Shown here in pieces: positions 54,266 to 64,000 of a stretch of DNA of 64,000 nucleotides. Below the pieces are notes generated by a model. It did no database searches. It saw only the letters and a program-made list of their open reading frames with translations, and was not told the DNA's origin. A program made the translations under genes and the position numbers. Each line of letters starts with the position of its first letter. Within the stretch, counting starts at the first letter, position 1. The stretch is from Octopus vulgaris (Eukaryota): assembly GCA_951406725.2 (NCBI GenBank), contig OX597835.1:9114001-9178000 (forward strand), in the 5' to 3' direction.

Positions 54266-54404
54266 AGGACAGAAATAGAAATAACGATATGATCAAAACT
54301 AGTTAAAGGATGCGCCTTTAAAAATGGATTTGTTTCATTGGTCCTTTCGATTAACGGTCTTATACATGCACACACACACACACACACACACACGCGCACA
54401 CATA

Positions 54405-54570
54405 ACGGTCTCTTCTTTCAGCTTCTGTCTACCAATTCCACTCATTAATCATTGGTCAGATCGAGGGTATTGCGAAACATTTGCCGGATGTTTCACGCAA
54501 ACGGACTGAAACCGGAACCATGCGGCTGGAAAGCAAATTTCTCACCACACAGAATCGCATGCGCCTATGA
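54405..54570 (-). mobile_element. Decayed family C SINE 5' half
   Basis: ttctttcagcttctgtctaccaattccactca...ggactgaaaccggaaccatg. Confidence 0.65.
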
Positions 54571-55269
54571 TTTTGGAATGCACATATTGTTTTTGTTTTT
54601 TTATTATTTTAACCCTGCATCACAATTCTATGGAAAAAAATGTTATAACTGCATAGAATATAAATGAAAGAACCAATCTTTGACATTAAGTTTTGCATGC
54701 AACGTTTTGCGTAATATTTATTCTTTTTCACTTTCTTTCTCTTTCCCAATTTTCGTTCCGTGGATTAAACATCCAAACATTGATAACGTTGGAATACAAT
54801 ATACTGTAATTACAGTGAGAGCGAATGGTATGCATGAAATAAACATCGTAACTTTAATTCGCATTTAAACATTTAATTTTGAGCAAATAATCGTATCCAT
54901 ATGTCCTTCGCTCACGGCAATGTTTGCTAATACAAAATAAAACGGGGAGTTGATTTCAGTGTTAGTTTTTTCAAAATGTCGTGGCTCTTTTCACTTTCAG
55001 CTAAATGTATAAATCTATTCTGTATTTTTGTTTAAAGTTATTTAAAACACATGCAGTGCATTCGATGAACCGATCCTTAACACATGCAGATATTTGACTT
55101 CCCTGGCATTTGTGTATACAAAAAGATAAATAAGTAAAAAATATAGAGTAAGCCATTGGTAAAGCAGCAAGCAATATATAAAGTCTGAATCGAATATGCA
55201 CTCGATGCCCTTGAGAGGAGAAGATGATCCATTCCAAAAGTATTTTCTCTTAGATTATATCACGAACGT

Positions 55270-55574
55270 TTTCAACCGATTCTGATGAAACTTGACACAC
55301 ACATAGCCCAATGTCATAATTCAAAACTAACGCAGCGAAAATTTTGAAAAGTTCCCCCAGTTCTGAAAAAATCGATAAATTCGACATGGGGTCGATAATC
55401 AGAAACACAAACCACAGACTGTCTAGGGGACGCAACTCGACCTTTTTAACTCTCGAAAAAAAATTTACCATCATTTTATTTCCATTTTTTGGCTATTTTT
55501 TGGCTATAACTCTCTAAAAATGCTTTATAGTTATTTCCCTTACAAACCCGAGCAACGCCGGGCGATACTGCTAG
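55270..55574 (+). mobile_element. 5'-truncated non-autonomous Helitron
   Basis: Reverse complement of 23336-23645; ends cccgagcaacgccgggcgatactgCTAG|T. Confidence 0.8.
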
Positions 55575-55721
55575 TCAAATATAAAATCTTGCTTGTATGT
55601 GAGTGATGTTATAAAATTCTCCGCGGTATGGAGGTCTTATAATACTAAAATACATCCGTAATTGTTCCTGTCTTTGTCACACTCACTTATTAACCCCAAC
55701 CGCATTCTATATATATAAAGG

Positions 55722-56146
55722 GTACAGTGAATAAAGTGTCTAAATTACGCAAAAATGAAAATAATACTGACATATCATTTCAACAGATAATTACCAAAAT
55801 TGCATAAAAAATATCTTGGAATACTAAAGTCAAAATTTAATCAATAAAATCGCCATTGGCCTCAATTACGGCCTCTTCAGGATTTCGGAATCTCCTGCAG
55901 TTTTTGCCGGCGGTCTCCTTGTTCAAGTTGGTGAATGCTGCCTTAATCCTTGCCTTCAGTTCATCTTTGGTGTAACAAAGAGTTTTGTTGATCTCTCGCC
56001 CATTGGGCTCCACACGATAATCAAGGGAGCTACAATCTTGGGAGTTAAGTGGCCAGATGTTATGGTTGATGTAGTCGCAGAAATTCTGTGACAGCCATGG
56101 CTGGGTTATCCTACTTGAGTGGCATGGGGCAATTTTCTTTCCTGGC
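55722..56146 (-). mobile_element. Tc1/mariner (maT-like) transposon 3' fragment
   Basis: APCHSSRITQPWL...IWPLNSQDCSSLDY (WPPNSPDxNPLDY motif)...EAVIEANGDFI at the C-terminus. Confidence 0.85.
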
Positions 56147-56915
56147 ATAGTGTTTCTTTGTGGTATTGAACCAACTTCACACTATCCGTCCTTATCGCAG
56201 GACACTATGCGGCCGTGATTGCTAGTGATTTCCAGGCAAAGTATACACAGCGCATGCTCTCCCTCAGATGCATTGGTAGAGAAAGCTCCATCTCCCTGTT
56301 GCACTTATCCGGAGACTTCGCGAATATCGGAATGTTTTCACCAAAATCAAGTGCAGTTTCACTGAAAGCATCCCCACTACTAACCCAGCAGTGGAATTGA
56401 TAACTCTACTTCTGCGAAAGCCTGCATATTTTTTCCCCAAGCTACAATATACGTCAACAGGAAGAATGAACAGTCATATTTATAACAACATATGAACTCC
56501 CTGCTGGTGAACTTCACACCACGGACTGCAGATGACCAGGATAGTGCACCAATTTACCTTAGAGCTGGCTACTCCATAAAAAACGCAAGGTATTTAACGT
56601 CTGCCTGCATAAGATACTCATGTAGACAAATCAGACGTATACATGCACATCTGATGAAAATACAAACTCATACACGAACATACACACGTACAGCGGAAAC
56701 GTGTGTTAAGAAAAGCTATATGTACGCATAAACATATATTCGTACCGCATAGGCACGTAAGATCACAACAAACACTAACACACATCTATACGCGCACGTA
56801 CAATCGGATACACATATACATACACCAACGATTTGACGTCGACGACACACTCGCAAGCATACGCATGTACGCAACAGATAAATGCACGTACTATATATAT
56901 ATATATATATACATG

Positions 56916-56983
<68 letters not shown>

Positions 56984-57059
56984 CATATATATATATAGAT
57001 AAAGATAGATAGATAGAGAGAGAGGGAGAGGGAGAGAGAGGCGAATCGATACTTAAATA

Positions 57060-57133
57060 GATAAATAGACAGACAGACAAGCAGATAGAGAGACAGACTG
57101 AGAGACAGATAGATAGATAGATAGATAGATAGG

Positions 57134-57199
<66 letters not shown>

Positions 57200-57200
57200 T
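57060..57200. repeat. (GACA)n/(GATA)n microsatellite
   Basis: Direct reading. Confidence 0.9.
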
Positions 57201-57664
57201 GCGTGAGTTGTGCTGTATGTGTACCTGTGTACTTATGTTATTCTGTACTGTCATTCATTTATTTTGAGTTCAGATATGAATATTATTCAGTGTTCAAAAC
57301 CTTATTCAGATTAATTAATGTAATGGCGTCACAAACTCTCTTATCCGTTATTTCCTTGAAACGATTTAGATACTGAAATCATATTTTTCTCGTTACACGA
57401 CCTGTTCCATTTATAAACGCTTCAACAGTTCCATTCATTAAAAAAAAATCTTGTACTTACGTCATCCATTAGAACGCAAATATAACGTACATGCAAATCA
57501 AATGAAGCGAATATTATTCGTTTCCCCCTTCTTCTTCTTTTCCTTTGCGCTCACATATACATACAGGTGCGTGTACGCATGCGTTTGCTTCTATTTTCAA
57601 ACTTAAACTCAGCTCTTCATCGGAGAGGGTGCGACGCAAAACACAAATGAACACATACGCATAT

Positions 57665-58105
<441 letters not shown>

Positions 58106-58690
58106 AAAGAATGCATGTATATATCGTAGGAAATAGAAAGCCAGAAGCAAATTAATGTTTCCATGAACGTGACGTAAGTGCTTATAAAGGCTCGAAGGAG
58201 AGGAACACACTTCAAAATAGACCAGTTCTCTTGCATATATCGCACTTACAAAAGTTTAACCAACGGCAATATTTTGCGATTTCAGTGAAGATTCGCAAAT
58301 AAAATGTAAGCTTACGTATTGCATAAAATCAATAAGGCAAATTTATTTAGACATTCAAGTATAAATGAATGTACGCATATATGTGTTCCGTTCCTGTAAG
58401 CACATTTGAGTATGTATGTATGTACGTAGTTATGTATGTATGTATCTCGCGTTCACAAGTAATCTAATTTCGAGTGAACTTTCGTTATTTTTCCCTCTAT
58501 GCCTACGTGAATTGTTTTTGAGGATACATTGTCTGGGAGACTCTTCTTATAGTAGAAGAAATAGTAAAATGTTGGGCTGCTATTTTTAAAAGTTCGATAT
58601 GTGGTGAAGCATTTTTTTTTTTTGCTGAACCCTAATTATATAAAGTAACGCCATACATGCATACTGGAGTTTTAATAAAAAAATTGCCTT

Positions 58691-58828
58691 ATTCCGCCGA
58701 AGTCGACTTTGTCTTTCATCCTTTCGGGGTCGAAGAATTAAGTACCAGTTGCGTACTAGGGTCGATCTAACTGACTGCTCCCCTTCTCCAAAATTTGGGG
58801 ACTTGTGCCTCGAGTAGAAAAGAATATA
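58691..58828 (+). mobile_element. 5'-truncated family A SINE with the short cttgtgcc-type tail
   Basis: attccgccgaagtcgactttgtctttcatcctttcggggtcga...ggacttgtgcctcgagtagaaaagaat. Confidence 0.8.
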
Positions 58829-58942
58829 CAACAAAGGCTCAATATGAAGATATGACAGAAAATTAGATAATACTGTGGAATTCGTACCTAAGGGTGAGGC
58901 GTAGGTTCCTTTTTAGAATCCCAAGCACCATTATTATCATAC

Positions 58943-59010
<68 letters not shown>

Positions 59011-60223
59011 GTATATATATATACGTACATATATATATTTTTTTTTCAAATATTTCAGTCATATATATATAAGACCCCTACTTAGAATTCCATAAAACAC
59101 ATAAACGATAGTTATAACCCTTAAACATCGTGATTGTGTGTGTTAAACAGGCAAAAATAAACTTTATGGTAATTTTTATAGTTATTATCCTTTGAAATAG
59201 ACGAAAACTATAATAATTGTTAGTCTCACGATACAACAGAAATTTTGCGTGAAAATACCATTTTGTAATATTTCTAATAATGATATTTCAAATATGATAA
59301 CCAAAAAACATTCTCTAAGACAAATTCACGTGTAGAGATAAATGTCTCTTTAACCAATATCGGCAGAACAACGGTCGACCTATTACCTCTAGCAATGTCA
59401 ATGGTATTTGCCTCGTCAAAACCTCAATAAACACTGGAATAGGAAATCTAAACAGTGACCGTCAACTGAAATTAGTATCTATTGTTACCCATCAGCATTA
59501 TTTATTAAAAGCGTTTGTTAGTAATTGGAGTCTTCACAATGTGTCAGTATGTTATTTAAAATCTATAAACGTATACGTCCTTCAAAGTGTAGTAAGATCT
59601 AATTGCTATTGATGTAGGTGATTTCTACCATTCTGGAGTGAGTCGGCCAATTTGAAATGCAATATTGAATTTTTCTTTTTTTTTTTATACATTTTGAGAT
59701 AAATTATGCGGATCAAAAAAATTATGAAACTCCATGAATACGTAGCTTGACATTATATGTTACCTAAATTGCAAAGATCACATTTATTGCGTATAAATTT
59801 TTATAGACATAAAGCATTCTCCGTTCTCCCCCCGTAGCAAGTATAAAGACTCCTGTCTGTGTGAGAAATCAATATTTATCACAGAAAATTTGCATCCAAT
59901 TCAATTGAAGCCAGGCAAAAATAATTTTATCATATAATGTATTTTTCTTTCGTAAATGGCAAAGAAATATGTTTTTAACTATCTGGTACACTAGATGTGA
60001 ATGCTCACTAAAAGATATAATATAACACGACAGAAATACATGGCTACATAAAAAACAAACATCTCTTACATTGAAAATGAACTACATTTTTATCAACTGA
60101 CATTTACTTGCCTATTTTATGTTCTTACGCTACTCATGCATATGGATTTAGAAAGACATCCTAAATTATGAACGATTAATAAAGCTATACGTACATATAT
60201 ATACTCACACTCAGTATTACATA

Positions 60224-60580
60224 TGGAAGCACTCCGTCGGTTACGACGATGAGGGTTCCGGTTGATCCGAATCAACGGAACAGCCTGCTCGTGAAATTAA
60301 CGTGTAAGTGGCTGAGCACTCCACAGACACGTGCACCCTTAACGTAGTTCTCGGGGATATTCAGCATGACACAGAGAGTGACAAGGCCGGACGCTTGAAA
60401 TACAGGTACAACAGAAACAGGAAGTAAGAGTGAGAGAAAGTTGTGGTGAAAGAGTACAGCAGGGATCACCACCATCCCCTGCCGGAGCCTCGTGGAGCTT
60501 TTAGGTGTTTTCGCTCAATAAACACTCACAACGCCCGGTCTGGGAATCGAAACCGCGATCCTACAACCGCGAGTCCGCTA
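60224..60580 (-). mobile_element. Family B SINE lacking the extreme 5' end
   Basis: Matches 8101-8460. Confidence 0.9.
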
Positions 60581-60593
60581 AAATTACATACAT

Positions 60594-60630
<37 letters not shown>

Positions 60631-60640
60631 CACACACACA

Positions 60641-60730
<90 letters not shown>

Positions 60731-61505
60731 AGAGAGAGAGAGAGAGAGAGATTAAATGGTATTTTATAGACTATTTATACATTTATTGATATTGGAGCTT
60801 TTTAAAATCCGTTAATCTTCAAATTTGCAATTGTCACACACACACAGACACACACACACACACACACACAGTTGAACAGCAGCTGTTCAGATCTGTTAAC
60901 AAAGTTGTATATGTGTTAAAACAATATGAACTATATGTAGTAATAACAGCCCTCGGGAATATAGGCAACATTTTTGTTATTGAATAAATACATTCATAGT
61001 AACACGGTTATTAGCGACATATATTTAGCACCAAAATTCTACCAAGTACAAACAACAGGTGTGACGTTGTTGTTTGGAATTTCACAAAAAAGAAGTATCT
61101 TTGGTTCTAGAGGGAATTTGCATTGATGATTTGGACATCTCTTCCAAATTTAACAGATGGAATATTCTTGGCCTGCCGCTTCGAAACATATGACCTCTTA
61201 ACCTCAATTAGCTCATTTATGCTAATAGTTATCGATAAACTTAGTTATGCCAGTAAATATTTAAGTAACAATCTGGAAAAAGATAAGCTTTTTAGAAGGG
61301 AAAAGGGACCAGTTACATACAATTTTGAAATATATCCGAAAGTGGAACGATAAAAGCATTTAAGATTTTCTGAAGTTTAATATGTCATATCTACCGTTTT
61401 TGTCATTCAAAATCATTTGAATGTGCTTAGTTTCATATGTAGAAGCTTCATCAATCTCTTGCTTTTTTTTCTTCCTTCGAAGAAAATTTCTAAAAATATA
61501 TTATG

Positions 61506-61595
61506 GGCGTAGGCGAGGCTGCGTAGTAAAAAGCTTGCTCCTCAGCCACATGGTGCGTCTGTTTGGGAGACAGTCTGTGAAGAAGCCCGTCGTAT
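61506..61595 (+). mobile_element. Internally deleted family C SINE
   Basis: ggcgtaggcgaggctgcgtagtaaaaagcttgc...agaagcccgtcg followed by (TA)n. Confidence 0.65.
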
Positions 61596-61612
61596 ATATG
61601 TATATATATACA

Positions 61613-61680
<68 letters not shown>

Positions 61681-61969
61681 ATTCAAATGACTGATACCAA
61701 TAGAAGAATTATTCGTACATTTCTCATTCAAATTCATAATCATTCCAAATATTATGGAGAAATAATCATTTCAATTCTACTAATTCTTCACTAACGAGGT
61801 CAAATGCAGTGTAGATTCTAGGTGTAAATCGAACTTGGGTATAGATTGAGGAATATAATATAACTTTCTGCCTTCTTTTGTCACCCACCGCTGTTTCTAC
61901 AAAGAAATTACACAGAACAATTCCAGGTAAAATTGATTTCAAATTTTGTCACGAAGCCAGCGATTTCGT

Positions 61970-62066
<97 letters not shown>

Positions 62067-63720
62067 GAGAGAGAGAAAGAGAGTGAGATGGAGGAAAGAA
62101 AATAGATGTATGATATGTATGGGTATTGAATTCGTAAATCCGTTTTATAGGCATAATGGTATATATGTGTATTATTCCAATGTCCTTTGAGTAGAATGCA
62201 AAAGTCCAAAAGAGTTTAACATGAGTCCATCCACATATAGAGTTTATAAGCAATGTAAGATTCTCTTAAAGTTGGTCCTTCCCAGTAGGGAATTTATATA
62301 GAGTATAGCAGATTAAATGTTTGTATTTAAAGTGAACTAGAAATAGGGAGTATATTAGTATAGTTAAATTGAAAATAGGAAGCGAGGAATGACAAAAAAC
62401 AAGGGGGCGGAAAAGGAGGAGAGAAAGAAAGATTGAAAGAGAAAGAAGAAAGAAGAATGGTAGAAATTACAAATTACAGTCTGAAATTAGAAAAGAAAAT
62501 ATATATATATATATAAGCGCTTGCTTTTGTTTATTTGCCTGTGCCTTCAATTGCGCTATTCCGCTGATTATTTATCCCCCCCCCCCCCATAAATATCTAG
62601 TGTGTGAGTAAACCCGTACCGTGTGACAACTGTAGTACTATTTGTATACGCACAACTAGTTTCTTCCGTGTTAAAAAATCGTGCTAAAGAAGCCAGCGAT
62701 ATTATCGTAAAACTTGTTAGGTCTTTCACTATTTTACTCTAAACACTTTAAATTATTGATATAAAATTGGTCCCAAAATTTCAATGCAATATAAATATTA
62801 TCTGTGTCATTCCAATACATTTATATTCCATAATAGATGATTATGCGCGGTGCTATCAGATAACGATCTGTTATCTAATTGAAATTTCTTTCACTTTCTA
62901 CCCACGTATTGTTGTCATACCGTTGAACTTTTCCGTCAATATTTGTGATTCGCATTTTGCTTGCTTAAAAGTATTGCTTGAACGGCTGCAATTTAAACAT
63001 TGATAATTTGATTCAGATAATTCCAGCTGTATAAGTGATGTCTGCTTTGCGTCAAATGATTATTTTAAAAACCTTTTCTATTTTCTCGGATCTTAATCTT
63101 CTTAAAACATGTCTGCGGAGCGAATTTTAGATTTCAACAACATTTAACCTCGGCCATTATCTCTTCTGAAAGGCTAAACCGTGTTTTTGTGAAGAAATAA
63201 TAATTCACAATTTACAATTTCCCCAAGTTTCGGCCATTGAAATATACGGTGTCATTGAACCATATATTAAGAGATGTCATTGGAAACGAAATGTGAGCGG
63301 AGAAATGTCAGGTACAGAAATATAGCGATTAAAGCACGACTCTCTTATTTATAGTGACTTGTCTTAAACATTAGATCCGATAAATAATAAATGTCTTTCA
63401 TGGTGAGACGTCTTTAACTTAAGCTCAGATAAGTAAGAAATGCTTTTTAAATAGTTATTTCATGACAGCACCATATGTTCACAAATGTAAACTTTAATTT
63501 GGACATGAAGATGAATTGTGGTTACAAAGATGTACCTAGGAAGATAGATTGTGGTTTCGATAGATAAATAGATTATCAAAGAAAGAGAAGATACGATGGG
63601 AAGTTTTAATAAATAAATGTATTGTATTTTAACTATTTTTCAGTTTCTCGTGTCTGGACATTCGGCAGTCTTATAAAAAAATTGGAATACCTGATAGATT
63701 TCATTCTCTAAGTGATGAAT

Positions 63721-64000
63721 GGATGGAAGCACTCCTTCGGTTACGACGATGAGGGTTCGGGTTGATCCGAATCAACGGAACAGCCTGCTCGTGAAATTAA
63801 CGTGTAAGTGGCTGAGCACTCCACAGACACGTGCACCCTTAACGTAGTTCTCGGGGATATTCAGCGTGACACAGAGAGTAACAAGGCCGGCCCCTTGAAA
63901 TACAGGTACAACAGAAACAGGAAGTAAGAGTGAGAGAAAGTTGTGGTGAAAGAGTACAGCAGGGATCACCACCATCCCCTGCCGGAGCCTCGTGGAGCTT
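63721..64000 (-). mobile_element. Family B SINE running off the window end
   Basis: Matches 8101-8380. Confidence 0.9.

Noticed and set aside
55281-55295. ctgatgaaac as a hammerhead core (also reverse at ~23621)
   Set aside because: The two boxes overlap with no stem II; it is internal Helitron sequence

Overview
AT-rich eukaryotic DNA crowded with repeats. The SINE families and the very high (TA)n/(AAT)n load point to an Octopus (coleoid cephalopod) genome; this is inferred from recalled repeat sequences, not a search. I found no convincing host exon, rRNA, true tRNA or CRISPR, and nearly all listed ORFs are microsatellite or SINE artefacts, so the window reads as intergenic or deep intronic. 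It contains four tRNA-derived SINE families (several copies with target-site duplications), decayed mariner/Tc1 elements, non-autonomous Helitrons, and R4/Dong-, RTE- and CR1-type LINE 3' ends. Two things stand out. (1) A 3.7-kb array of 20 near-identical 184-bp units built from a SINE body, nested inside an older, diverged SINE and joined by a palindromic junction. (2) More than a dozen minimal hammerhead-ribozyme-like motifs (CUGANGA...GAAAC-loop-GUH) in Penelope-like pseudo-LTR fragments, often inside (TA)n tracts and often as fold-backs, including an internally deleted Naiad-like element. All alignments were done by eye and coordinates may be off by a few bases.
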